Shown here: positions 12,900 to 25,361 of the stretch, in pieces | Layout: every line of letters begins with the position of its first letter | Numbering within the stretch: the first letter of the stretch is position 1 | NCBI GenBank assembly: GCA_965287045.1 | Contig: OZ336876.1 | Location: forward strand, 1,736,001 to 1,800,000 | DNA length: 64,000 nt | Reading direction: 5' to 3' | From: Carcharhinus amblyrhynchos | Lineage: Eukaryota | The notes under the pieces: generated by a model | What the model was told of the DNA's origin: nothing | What the model saw: the letters and a program-made list of their open reading frames with translations, nothing else | The model's database searches: none | Program-made: the position numbers and the translations under genes

Positions 12900-13390
12900 C
12901 AAGGTAATTGGGATGGCCAGACTGACATATAGAGATTGAGTCAGTTAAGATTGAATTCGGTGGGGTTCAGAAGAATGAGGGAGGACCTCATTTAAACTTA
13001 TAAAATTGATACAGGACTAGACAGGATAGATGCAAGAAGGATTTTCCAGACGGGAGGACAGTCTGGAACCAGGCGTCACATGCGCAGATACAGCGTAATT
13101 CGTTAGGACAGAGATAAGGAGAAATTTCTTCACCCAGACACTGGGCAGACGATGGAATTTGCGACCATTGGAAATAGTTGAGGCCAAAATATTGAATGTT
13201 TCAAGAAGCAATTAGATATAACTCTTGAGGGGAGGGGGGACAGATCCAAGGATAATGTGGCGGGAAACACAATTAGCCACGAAGTTGGATGATCATCCAT
13301 GATCATAATTAATGGTGTAGCAGGCTCGAAGGGCGGAGTGGCCTTCTCCTGTTCCAATGTTCTATGCTTCTATGAATGTTTTTATGTTTC
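12900..13390 (+). mobile_element. Decayed CR1 LINE 3' fragment
   Basis: agaagaatgagggaggacctcat...gcaggctcgaagggcggagtggcc, ending in a (ttctatg)-type tail. Confidence 0.7.
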
Positions 13391-13997
13391 TACGTCCTTT
13401 AGAGGAGTTAGGTAGCTGCCATAACAATATCTTGTGTGCAGTTGACTCTAGGTTCACAGCAAATTAATTACTCTAAAATGTCCCTGTGAAATGGCCTTTA
13501 CACCATTCAGTTCCAGGGCAATTATGAATGGACAATTTGTTCTGGTCCAGTCAGTGGCGTCACATCGTAGGGAAGAAAGAAATGAAATCTGCCTTCAAAA
13601 ATTAACTTAACACTCACCGCGCACGTTTTGGGAGCACCCAGGTAAGCACCTTCACCTAAATTATTATTCTGGGAGATGGGCAGGGGTGGTGATGTAATAG
13701 AAATGCTCACAAATAACCAATGGAGAGTCCTAGACTATTACTCTGGGAAATTGCGTTCAAATCTCAGTGGAAGAATCGGTCAATTCAATAAATCTCGATT
13801 TGACAGCCCCTCTCTGTGAGTTACAAGTCCTATGCACTTGGGCCTAAGCCCAAGGGCTGCAGCCAATGGAATGTAAAGTCAGTTAATCAATCTGAAATAT
13901 AAAGCTGGCCTTAGGTATATGGACGCCCACCAGCTTTCATGAAATTATTCAGTTTGCTGGCGACCTTTCAGATGAATAAATCTACAGATTAATAAAT

Positions 13998-14332
13998 GGG
14001 GCGGCACGGTAGCACAGTGGTTAGCACTGCTGCTTCACAGCTCCAGGGTCCTGGGTTCGATTCCCGGTTCAGGTCGCTATCTGTGTGGAGTTTGCACATT
14101 CTCCTCGTGTCTGCGTGGGTTTCCTCCGGGTACTCCGGTTTCCTCCCACAGTCCAAAGATGTGCAAGTTTGGTTGATTAGCCATGCTTAAAAAAAATGTC
14201 CATTAGTGTCCAGGGATGCGTAGGTTAGGGATTAATGGGTATAATATATGGGAATAGGGCCTGGGTGGGGTTGTGTTCGGTGCAGACTCGATGGGCCGAA
14301 GGGCCTCTTTCTGCACTGTAGGGTTCTATGAT
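13998..14332 (+). mobile_element. HE1-like SINE, full length and young, nested in a SacSINE-like SINE
   Basis: gggcggcacggtagcacagtggttagcactgctgcttcacagctccagggtcctgggttcgattccc (A/B boxes) through ctgcactgtagggttctatgatt. Confidence 0.9.
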
Positions 14333-14472
14333 TCATCCTTATCCAGTCTGACCTACGTACGACTCCTAACGCACAGCTATTTGGCTGACCCCGAGCTGCC
14401 GTAATTGTCGATTTTACCAAAACAAATCTAATCCAGAATGGGAGGGAAAATGGGAGAGATGCAAATCCGTTT

Positions 14473-15330
14473 TGGGGCGAATTCATAGCTGCTATCCTAT
14501 TATTTCGTGCATGAACAATTAACAGAAACGCTTCCACGCCTGCAGGGGCTGGGGCGGGGCTCATCTCGCCTGAACGCTGACAGAGAACAGAAGAGGGCTT
14601 CATTATGCATGTGCAGGTCTCCATAGCACAGACCCGTCACTGAGCCTCTGCTGCTTTTAGCTTCCTTCCAGGGCCTCCACAAAGCAGCCTGATCAAATCC
14701 CCAGCTGTTTCGGAGGCCTGCGGTATATCGAGACCCCCATCCGCCCGATTCGATGCCCCCCTCCCTTCCCGCCCATGGTCGAACGACCCCCTTCCCTCTT
14801 CTGACACCCCCCACCGCCCATTCCATGGTCACTTGCCCGACCCCTCCGCAGTGACTGCAGACCCGATCACCCCGCGATCGCTGGTGTGACCCCCTCTCAC
14901 CTTCACCCATGGCCAGCTGGGCAGCCCCCTCCCTCTCCCCACCGATCCCAATGCAACGTGAGAGCATAACACCCCACTCTACCGATATCGGTCTGATGTA
15001 AAATGGTCAGCTGTTCCCTGCACTCTCCCCACACCGATCCCAATGCTGAGAGGCAGCAAGCTCGCCTCCCACCGGCCGTCCGCCCCCCCCCTGGCCTCGC
15101 CCCAGTAGGTCCTGCCTCCAGGCCCCACCTCTTGGCAAATTTAATCTAAATAACTTATTCAGCTTCGCACCGGAAATGGGCACGATGCTGACCTCGCCGA
15201 TATCCGGTGCCAATAAAAACGCAAGAGGCCAGAGGGCGTGAACGTGATTTCTTCGTTTTGGCACAATCATACAGGTTCGCCCGCCCACCCATCGGACGGC
15301 ATAATGCAATGTATGATTGCCCCCATAGTG
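14473..15330. repeat. GC/CpG-rich interspersed element, probably a non-autonomous DNA transposon with internal degenerate repeats
   Basis: Abrupt GC and CpG rise, C-rich core with repeated accgatcccaatgc (~14941 and ~15033), and no credible ORF. Confidence 0.4.
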
Positions 15331-15741
15331 TCAGCGCAGACAGAGGCCCTTTGGTCCATCTTGACTTCTCCTTCCATCCAGCATCTATCCATTCTAATCC
15401 AATTTTCTAGCGCTTGGATCAGTGCCTTGAACGCAATAGTGTGTCAAGTGGTCACCACAATGTTAATTACATGTTGTAAAGGTTCTCTCTGAAATTGACA
15501 CTTAATTCGATCGAAAATGTGGATATGCTAGCCTTGTCATCGATGCCTACTTCTACTGAAATAAAATGCACAATAATTTTATTGTGATGGCGGTCAAAAA
15601 AGTGTGTAAGTCAGCACTGCAAAATGCTTACTATCAGTGCAGTATACAATCCTATTATCTACAACTTCTGCAAAAAAAAATGCTGGCTCAAGGAAAATAC
15701 ACTTTAATACATTATAGGAACAAACTGAATATTCCGCTTAC

Positions 15742-15783
15742 CAGCCTTCTCTGCCGAAGCTTTATTTCTCGGTTCTGGGCGTT
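15742..15783 (-). CDS. Gene A stalk/connecting-peptide exon (42 nt): (E/K)RPEPRNKASAEKA(G)
   Basis: Acceptor ccctttcttgtttcag| and donor CTG|gtaagc. Symmetric phase 1-1, open frame, and located between the Ig and TM exons. Confidence 0.72.
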
Positions 15784-16021
15784 CTGAAACAAGAAAGGGG
15801 AAGGACTGGTCAATTTGTTCGGGCGCTGCAGCCTGCCATATTTAGTTGTCGAGACAGCTGTAGAATTTAATATTACGGGACGTGTTTATCAGGTGGTCCG
15901 TACAATACCAACCATTCCGAAGCACTGCTCAATACGAATTTGTAATCAGCGTACCTGTAATCCTGTTGTTCGAACTCATGAACCAGACAAGGCAGACTGA
16001 CACACATACAAATAGAAGTCT

Positions 16022-16328
16022 AGGGTGGTTAGCACTGCTGCCTCACAGCACCAGGGCCCGGTTTCGATTCGCGGTTTGTGTCACTGTCTGTGTGGAGTTT
16101 GCATATTGTCCCTTTGCCTGCGTGGGTTTCCTGCGGGTGCTCCAGTTTCCTTCCACAGTCCAAAAAATGCGCGGGTTAGGTGGATTGGCCATGATAAATT
16201 ACCCCTGAGTATTAGGGAGACTAGCTCAGTTAAATACATGAGGTTTTGGGCATAGAGTCTGGCTGGGGTTGCGTCGTGCAGACTCTATGGGCCGAATGGC
16301 CTCCATCTACGGTGTAGGTTCTATGATT
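16022..16328 (+). mobile_element. HE1-like SINE
   Basis: gtggttagcactgctgcctcacagcaccagggcccggtttcgattc...gggccgaatggcctcc...ttctatgattct. Confidence 0.85.
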
Positions 16329-16789
16329 CTGTGGTTAATGAGATGCAGGGAACTTTGTATTCGTAACTTAGCAGTTCAATTACTTCCAGTACAGCGACAA
16401 CTGGATAGACACTGCAATTAAACAAGCAATGAATGATAAACGCCTGCAACTTCTCAGTCAGTCCTGCCCTGGGAACATAACTTGCACCCTTGACTCTGGC
16501 AGTGCACGGTATGTGATCTGACATCACCTTTGCTATATATTTAAGTAATTGTATAATTACTTTAAGAGCCAGTCACATGATTTGATTGTGATATCATCCG
16601 GATCTTTCCCAGGTCTTTGCAGTGGTTTCATTTTCTTATTGATGCAGGTATTATCTCCCATAACAATCTGTTGTTGTTTTGAATATATAAGTTTATGTTT
16701 TTCTTAGAGTCACAAGTAGTCTTACATTGACTCTGCAGTGATGTTACTGTGATAATCCCCTAAATGTGGTTGTTGTTTTGAATATATGT

Positions 16790-17490
16790 ATTCAAACCGT
16801 ATCATTTGATTGCCTTTTACATCCACATCGCATAATAAAGATAAGACATCAGACCATTCAGTTGTATCAGCCCATGGTCCACCATTTTGCCACAATAGCA
16901 ACACTGAGAAGTCTACAACATGGTTATTTCGGGATGCTGCACAATTTCTTATCAACCTGTTCTTCTTATAGATTATCTAGAACCAAAGTTGTCAATGAAG
17001 TGTGCAAGAGGGCATATCAGGAACAGCACAGACACATCTTAAAACGAGGTGACAAGATATTGAAACTACCATACAGGGCTACTTGCGTCCCAACAACGGA
17101 CTTTAGACAGAGCTAAGCAGTTCCACAACCCAAGGGTCAGGTGTAAGTTCTTGGGAACTGCAACATTCATTCCTGAACGATTTTGGACAATTAAACAACT
17201 CGCGGGGGGAGCAACCTCCACAAATATCCCCATCTTCAACGACTGGGGAGCATAGCACATCACTAGAAAATATAAAACTGAAACATTCAACAACAATCTT
17301 CAGCTCAAAGTACCGATTGGATGACTATCTCCTCCGCCCCCCGTGGCCCCCAACATCACAGATCAACTATCTTCAGCTAATTCCATTCACCCCATCTGAT
17401 GTCAAGAAATGATTGGATGCACTGGATACTGCAAAGGCTGTGCGTCCTCATAATATACCAGCAATAGTGCTGAATAAACATGTGTTCAAA
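16790..17490 (+). mobile_element. Decayed LINE ORF2 internal fragment
   Basis: ggacaattaaacaactc...cacaaatatccccatcttcaacg...ctggatactgcaaaggctg (LDTAKA-x-GPD-type region upstream of RT). Confidence 0.55.
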
Positions 17491-17960
17491 ACGTGAAGAG
17501 ATAATCCAAAACGCCAGTTACTAGCCTAGGAAAAGGTCGCAGGCCGTTATTTTGTTGTCAGCCTACATTTACAATCACTTTTCTGAGCCAGGAGTTTTGT
17601 GCGCAAGGCCGAGACTTGAAACATGTTAATAGCAATCGGACGTTAATTACTCTAGTGCATGATGTCTTACACGGTAGGAACGAGACGTCGTGAGATATGA
17701 GCTCTTGGAGCAAAATGAATCAAAGGGTATGGGAAGCATGGGTTGAGAGGTGGGGGTAGGTCGGGAAGCATATTACATGATCATCCATGAGTATAGTGAA
17801 TTGGGGAGCAGACTCAAATGTCCTACAACTCCTAGTTTCTACACTTCTACGAATGTATTACCGTTGAGGTTTATAATAAATAACATCATGTCTAGTATAC
17901 AAATCATAGGGAGTTCTCTCAGGGTTCATTGTGTAATACATATCTCTGAAATATCTTTTC

Positions 17961-18962
17961 AGTTACAAGTGGTGTACCTCAAGGATCTGTTTTGGGGCCA
18001 CTGCTGTTTGTCATTTTTATAAATGACCTAGATGAGGGTGTAGAAGGATGGATTAGTAAATTTGTTGACTACACCAAAGTTGGAGGAGTTGTAGACAGTG
18101 AGGATGGATGTTACAGTTTGCAGAAGGACATAGATAAGCTGCAGAACTGGGCCGAGAGGTGGCAGATGGAGTTTAATATAGAAAAGTGTGAGGTGATTCA
18201 CTTTGGTAAGAGTAACAGGAGTACAGAATATAGGGCTAATGGAAGGACTCTTAGTAGTGTTGACGACCAGAGAGATCTCGGGGTACATGTGCATAGCTCC
18301 CTGAAAGTTGGCACCCAGGTTGATCAGGTTGTTAAGAAGGCGTACAGTGTGTTAGCTTTTATTGGTAGAGGGATTGAATTTCGGAGCCGTGAGATCATGT
18401 TACATCTGTACAAAACTCTGGTGCGGCCGCACTTGGAGTATTGCGTACAGTTCTGGTCGCCACATTATAAGAAAGATGTGGAGGCATTGGAAAGGGTGCA
18501 GAGGAAGTTTACCAGGATGTTGCCTGGTATGGTGGGAGGGTCTTATGAGGAAAGGCTGAGGGACTTGAGGTTATTTTCATTGGAGAGAAGATGGTTACGA
18601 GGTGACCTGATTGAGGCATACAAGATGATCAAAGGATTGTATAGGGTGGACAGTGAAAGCCTTTTACCTCGGATGGTGATGGCTAACACAAGGGGACATA
18701 GCTTTAAATTAAGGGGTGGTAATTATAGGGCGGATGTCAGAGGCAGGTTCTTTACTCAGAGGGTAGTAATGTCGTGGAATGCCCTGCCTGCAGCAGTTGT
18801 GGACTCGCCAACTTTAAGGGCGTTCAAATGGTCAGTGGATAGGCATATGGATAACATTGGAATAGTTTAGGTTAGAGGGTCATTAGATTAGTTCCACTGG
18901 TCGGCGCAACATCGAGGGCCGAAGGGCCTGTACTGCGCTGTAATGTTCTATGTCTATGTTCT
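17961..18962 (+). mobile_element. Young 5'-truncated CR1 LINE (RT C-terminus plus 3' UTR)
   Basis: ORF 17992-18870: GPLLFVIFINDL...KFVDYTK (FADD mutated)...LYKTLVRPHLEYCVQFWSP...RFFTQRVVMSWNALP; tail tgttctatgtctatgttct. Confidence 0.95.
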
Positions 18963-19829
18963 AGGAAATAACATCATCAAACAAATGTTTTACGTTTGCG
19001 TTGGAGCTGCAGGGCTTTGCCGTGTGTACATTGGATGTCAATGTGTACACTATTAGGCAGACAGCTGCACTTAAAAAAATACCTATAAACGAAACTGGGT
19101 CATTGACTCATTTGGACTCGAAATGTGAGTTCTTACAGTCTCCCCCTGTGTTCTGAACATATGTGCAATTATTCGTAAATTATTCTGAGCGGCAATCAAT
19201 GCCAGGTTGTGAGATGCAGAGGCGGCAGAGAGATTTCACTGAGGTGCATTCTGGAAGAAGTCGGCGTATTGACGTCTACTGAAAAGTGGGAAGTAGAAGA
19301 ACTTCTCAAGTGATAATCAGGGGGAAGAACATTCATCAGAGGCGAAAAAAAGGCTACTCCACTCAGGTGAAGTGAAGGAAAGCGTGAGCCGGTTGTAATT
19401 GTTAGGTTATTGTGCGGGTGAGAGGGTTATTGGAACAGCAAATGTCAGCATTTTGGGAGAGGTTATGAGACTGTGACGGTCAGTGTTGACAAATTCTGAG
19501 AGGTGAGAGAACATGAGGGTGGTGTTCAGAGAAATTCAGCGGAGAAGAAGGCAGGATGGGCTCAAACTGTGTAGGGGAGGGTGAAATGTTTGTGGGTGGG
19601 AGTTTTAGAGACTGAATGAATGCGAGGGTGTAAGAGAGGGTGGGAGCAGATTGCGTTCATAATTTTGCCTCACTCGCCGTCTCAGGGTTGTTATTCACTC
19701 TCACTCATACCCACAACCACAATCGCTTCATAGTTGGAGTTGACAGCTGGGGTCTGGTAAGTGTTGCATTTGCGACCTTTCTTATATCCTAACCTATGTG
19801 TATAGTTCTCTTTATTTTCAAACTATAGT

Positions 19830-22800
19830 CCTGTTCGCTTGACTGTTCATTATTTCCCTGCAGTCATTGCATTTGGCGAAGAGGCAAAGCTGGATTTTTA
19901 TGTTATCTGGTGTACATCGGTAATAAAAAAAATCTTTGAGTCGCAACCCTTCCAAAAATTTTTACTGCAAAAAATTGTGAATGCGAAGCTTCCTTCCAGT
20001 TCAAAGTACCAAGGTTGCAATCTTCGGTTATGCTGAGGCAACACAGTATTTCTACTGGTCTGATCCAACGCCCTATGCTTTACACGACAAAGCAGAATCT
20101 GTGAAGTGTCTGGAGGATTTAGGAATGACTGAGATTGTGCAGTTTTCTAAGTGGGCTGCCTCCATCAGGCGGTCTGGACTTGTCAGGATATGTAGAGATT
20201 GTAAACTGATCATGAACCAAGCTGAACAACTTATACTAAATTTGTCATGCGTCATGCTTATCGGCAGATAGAGTTAGATGAGGCATTTAGCAAATTCATA
20301 ACAATCCATAAAGATTTATTAAAATATACTCGTTGGGAGTATTGTTGGCATGCACCATATTCCACCAGAACCTGGAAAAATTGTTACAGGAGCTTTTCAA
20401 GGATTCTGTCTATTAGGACGATATATTTCTTACCGGAGGTTCTGCAGATGAACGCGTGCAAATTTCGAGGACGTGTTGAAAAAAAAAGAAGCAAAAATAA
20501 GATACAAACACGGAATCCAAGATAGTAGAGATTCGGGGTTAACGCTCAGGGATTTCATCCAATGGAGTTAAAGGATAAAACAATCCAGGGAGCACCAGCC
20601 CCCAGAAATGCATCAGAATTTAATTCAATCGTAAGCATGGTGAACTATTAGGGACTACTTATCCCCAACCTCTCCACGTTGCCTTTGCATACACTTCTCA
20701 GGAAGTAGTGGAGGCTGTACTGGAATTAATAAAATAAAAAAAAATTCGAGAGACTTTGAATGGCTTTGTTGTCTTCAAGTCTCTTGGTCCATTTTGATGA
20801 GGTGAAACAAATAGTGATGATTGTGTGGCTTTATCCGAGTCATGGGAGCGGTATTGTCGCACAGACTTAAGGATAGTGTAGATATCTACCGTTTTCACTT
20901 CGTGAACACTATCAAATGCTGCGAAGGGCTATTCAGAAACCGAAAAAGAAGGCGTAGCTATAATTTTTGGGGTAAAACAGATTCAGCAATAAATTTACAA
21001 TTTGAAAGCTATGGTAATTACCGACCATAAACTAGTTCTGGGCTTGTTAGAGAAGACAAAGTCACTTCCCTATTTCTTCAGAGACTTTAGCCCGTATTTG
21101 ATGGCGCACAATATACATTCGAACATAAGCCAGGAACCCACATGACCAATGTAGATGCTTTAAGCCTCCTTCCTTGCGAGATTGGCATACCACAAAACAT
21201 TCTAATCTCACTAGTCCTCAAAACAATTCTGCTTACTCTCAACTTTCTGGACACGTTACATATATGGGTGCCCCAAATAAGATTATGGACCACATTTTGC
21301 CGGAGCCAGTTCAATGGTTGTTTTATGGCTGGCATATTGATAAGCCGAACCATATTAATCTTACGAAACCAGTATGGATGATCTGACATATGAGGATGGA
21401 ATAGTATTATGGGGCAACGGCGGGTTTTCCTGCTCCTGTACGGATAATACTATTGCTAGAATTTTATTATGTGCATCCTGATAGGATGGAAATGAAGATG
21501 TTAGCTATAGTTACCCGTGGTGGCGTGGGATAGATATAGACATTAGGACTTTTATTCCACACAGTATGCAGTGTCAAGAACAGCAAAGTCTACCGTCTTT
21601 TGCAATTCCGCACCCGTAGGAACGGCTAACACGCCGTGAGCGGGATGCTATGCTGATGTTACGGGCTTATTCATGGGCTGAAGCTTTCTCAACATTATTG
21701 GTGTTCAATCGAAATGTGTGAATATTCATGAGTTGAAACGCACAACATCCCGAGCCAAATCGGCAAACGTCGGGAGGAGTTCGCCACACCTTGCTTGCCT
21801 GGTGTTCTCTCTCACAATGGGACTGCACTTCTGAGCGAATAATTTAACTACATCGTGTAAACCAATGGTATTCAGCAACAACAAAAAAAAGCCCCCCTTT
21901 CATTCAACACTCAACGGGATAGCAGGAAAAGCCCTCAAGACATTGAAATCTGCCCTGGAGAAAAAACAGTTCTCTGCACCTTTACAACTTCAACTGTTCG
22001 TTTCCTACTAACACACAGCACAATTCATCAGGCCTCGATCAGCCTTACTCCCCATCTGAATTCTTCCTGGGAATACGTCTTTGGATAAGATTGGCATAAA
22101 GCCGGAATTCCCCACCCACGCTGATTTAAAAGCCAGAAATACCCGCTCAAGAATTAATGGCGTTTCATATTCTCCGCAACCCGCTCACTAAAATTCCAGT
22201 AGCGGACGGGATGAGAGAATTCCGGCCAATATTTCAAATATGCGTGGAGGTAACAGGCAAAAATGCCATACGTAGAGGAGATATCCTGACTCCACCAAAA
22301 TTAAGAGGGCTTTTCAGGTAAATGGTTTAGTTTAGGGAAGAAAGTCAATGTTAGTCCGAGTTGGGTCCCTGGGATGGTTGTGGCCACGGCAGGTCCAGGG
22401 TCAGACGTATTTGAAATATATTCCAAGACAATGCAGGAACATGTAGACCACCAGAGGTGTGGAGAAGTGCGCACAGTACCAGTTGGGAAAAATCTCCCTG
22501 CTACTTCTAAGAGTGGCTCTAGCAATTGTAAGTGGAATTGAATCCTGTATCCCAGAGAAAGGGTCGAGTAAAATTCCGGTGAAAATTGGAAAGGTTGCCG
22601 CCACTCCATTGCGTGTGCAAAGTGGAACCTTCCTGCTGTGCAAAATTCCATGGCAATTACATCGACTGGAGAAGGACCTGTTGATTAACTACTGCACTCT
22701 AAAGAATCAGAACATCTCCAGATAGGTTTACTTATTGAGAGACTGAGTCAATTCTCCACATCTCTTTGTTGTGCAATATTGTGAATAGTTTTATTGTTAC

Positions 22801-23083
22801 TGTGAAATATTTATTAAGAAATCCTTAAGAATTCATTGAGACGGATCTTGTGACGTGCCCCTTTTTTGGGGTGAGGGGTGGAGTGGTGGTGGGGAGAGTC
22901 ATCAGCTGTTAGACCAGATCAGTCTCACAGGGGTGTTTGCTTGCCGATTGGAATTGACAGTTGGAGTCCAGGAGTCGCTGACTTTACAAGATTTCTTATC
23001 ACCACCTCCTGGAAACAGTTATTCTTTCATAAATAAAACCTCCTTTTCGTTTACCTGTCTTGTTGTTAGGCAATTCCTTACAC
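19830..23083 (+). mobile_element. Decayed Ty3/Gypsy LTR retrotransposon (RT, RNase H and integrase relics, probable 3' LTR ~22849-23083)
   Basis: Fragmented motifs PYAL..., FSKWAASI...VRICRDCK, HAYRQIELDE...KYTR, GAVLSHR, HKPG...NVDALSLLP; many stops and frameshifts. Confidence 0.85.
22100..22227. mobile_element. ~128-bp MITE-like insertion within the Gypsy relic
   Basis: Terminal inverted repeat gccggaattc / gaattccggc; a similar element lies at ~55609-55730. Confidence 0.55.
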
Positions 23084-23148
23084 TACCCATCTTTGACTTG
23101 CATGCACATATGATGGAAAACATTGTTCGTTGGCTAATTTGTACTCAC

Positions 23149-23428
23149 CCATTACAGTTACTCTTATAACTGCCCGATCGTTTCCTACTCAGGACCAGCA
23201 AATAGACACAACGGTAGTTTCCTCTGTCTTCGGAAGTTACGTTGGGTTTGGTGAAGGCCACAGACGTATTTGAGTCGGTTTTAGCTTCGAAAATCATATG
23301 TCCGCCTCTGAATATATTAAAACATTTGGGACCATCGAGGCCAACTCCACACTTAATGATGCTGATCCCTCCTGCAAGTGCAAAACTCGAAATTGGATCC
23401 AAGCTCAAGACTGGCTTTGGAAGGCGAC
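23149..23428 (-). CDS. Gene A C2-type Ig-like domain exon (LILR/KIR/FcR-like), possibly frameshifted near its 3' end
   Basis: Acceptor ttttttctgcgaattcag|GT, phase 1. Encodes RLPKPVLSLDP...GG...IKC...F...NVTSEDRGNYRCVY, with the LPKP start and the D-x-G-x-Y-x-C motif. The gtgagt donor gives 280 nt (out of frame); the alternative donor AAGA|gtaact at 23162 gives 267 nt (in frame). Confidence 0.85.
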
Positions 23429-24454
23429 CTGAATTCGCAGAAAAAATCAACAATCAGTGCATCAGTGTAATATTCCAACTCTGGTACGAGGTGTGGGCTA
23501 TAAACAAAAAGAAAGAATGATGTGTTTAGCACACCTAGATTCAAAAGAAGAGCATCATATGTATTACAGGAGCTGTTAACTGCGTAGAGTAGACAATGAA
23601 ACTAAAACCGAATCCTGTCATACACGCCAAATGCCATCACCATCAAATAAAGTGACTGACTCTTGAAGCAATTATGAAACCACTTAAATGTATAATGTCC
23701 CTTTACGGTTGTTTGAAACCCGTTCTGTGTAACGTGCGTTGCCACTTTTGAAATGAACCCCTGTTAATAACTAAACAAATAGCTTGGAATCATTTTCCAT
23801 GTTCTTTCTAAAAAGGAAATCTATTTTATGGGAAGTATTCACTTAAATTGTCTCTTTAAGTCTATGCTCAACATTCACAATCAAGCTAAAATAGAGTTTT
23901 GGATAGGTTTGGCAACATCTCTGGACTTTAATGACCTGTTCCTCTACTTAGGGTCAATCCATGCTTTTTTTGTGTGAGCCATTGCTCTTTTATCACCATT
24001 ATGTCACATTTGCAGATCCGACATCGCTATTTGAGCACAAGGTGCATCAAACTTTGATATTCATTTGGTGCATTAAAAATATTCATTCTAAAACCAAGGC
24101 AGGCCTCCTTCATTAATTCAATGATCAAATAGATACCACAATTTCCTAATGTAAATACACCAGCAAATATGAGTTTGTGTGCAATTGTAGTATTTTTGAA
24201 ACACAGACAGTTTGTTCACAAATTAGCTTGTTGCTGCTTATCAAGTAAACCTGCAGTGTCCCTAATCCTTTGACCCAGCTGTTTTAAATACCAACATTTC
24301 CCGTGGCTTCAATATTTCGTGTACTGAAGTCGTTATCAAAATTAGCCATAATTCAAATATCTTCTCATATGCCTGACAGAAATCCTCTTCAAGAAGAAAT
24401 AATCCAACCATCACCACTTGACATTCAATGAAAATACCATGCTGAATCGCCTAC

Positions 24455-25361
24455 TGTGACTATAGTCTGTCTTTAAGGAATGCTTTTGTTTTGAATCATG
24501 TTCTCTGCACTTCAGCAGACTTGTGTTTTTCATTGTTGCCGAGCTGTCTGCTAGAAGTCCTCTAAATACCACTTCAATGGCTTAAATAGTGATTAATTTA
24601 TTTTTAAGCTGGGTACAATGCAGTGACTTGGCACTTAGGCTGGTTGGCATGTCATGTGCTTTGGAGAGTTGCCTTATTCATGGTGAATTCAAGGTTTCAT
24701 TTCCCGTTTCTTGATGGTTGCTGTTTTAGTTATAAGGTGTTGGGCACCAGACTGCAGTGTGTTTTTTTCTCTCTCACTCTCTCTGTAATTGTACATACGG
24801 TTGGCCAGCTGGAAGCAGGCCACCTGGCCTTCCTGGAATGAAAATGCTGCTATTGGTGGGTTGCCAGCTAGTACCTCGAGTTATTTCTCTCTCTCTCCCT
24901 GGTGTTTTGCGAAACTGTTCTAATTTCAAGCTGGTCTGCATGTGTATCACGAGGGCTGCTGGATGTTGCAAGGCTGGGAATTCAGAGTTTCAATTCCCCA
25001 TCCAAGGAACTAAGCACCAACATGACGCGAGCCTTCTTTTTCTTGTGCTAAACGTGTGGCAAGGAGCTTGTATGTGGTATTTATTTGGTTGGAACAGTAT
25101 TCAGCTGTTAAGGTTTATACAACATCATGATTGTTTCTTTTTCTTGTTTGCAATTGGTGAAAGTTATTGTTAATTTTCTTTCTATACATACTAACTGCAT
25201 TCTTAAATAATTTTTGTTTGATTAAAACTCCCTACTTAATAATTTGAATCATACCTGAAGTGAAATATCTCATTCTTATCCCAGCCAAACTAAAATAGCA
25301 AAACGTGTGATCCAGGCGGACATCATAACACATTGTGATGTGTCTAAACTGAATCATAACA
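24455..25361 (+). mobile_element. Solo LTR (TG...CA) with 4-bp TSD, inserted in a LINE fragment
   Basis: ctac|TGTGAC...CATAACA|ctac; the host LINE sequence resumes on both sides. Confidence 0.7.

Noticed and set aside
13998-14070. tRNA gene-like A/B boxes
   Set aside because: This is the SINE head; it continues into SINE body and tail and recurs in many copies.
14473-15330. CpG island/promoter and Gly-rich ORFs
   Set aside because: It is intronic in gene A, has internal repeats and looks like an interspersed element; the ORFs are compositional artefacts.
17992-18870. 292-aa ORF as a host gene
   Set aside because: It is the C-terminal part of CR1 ORF2, with a mutated FADD motif and no true start codon.
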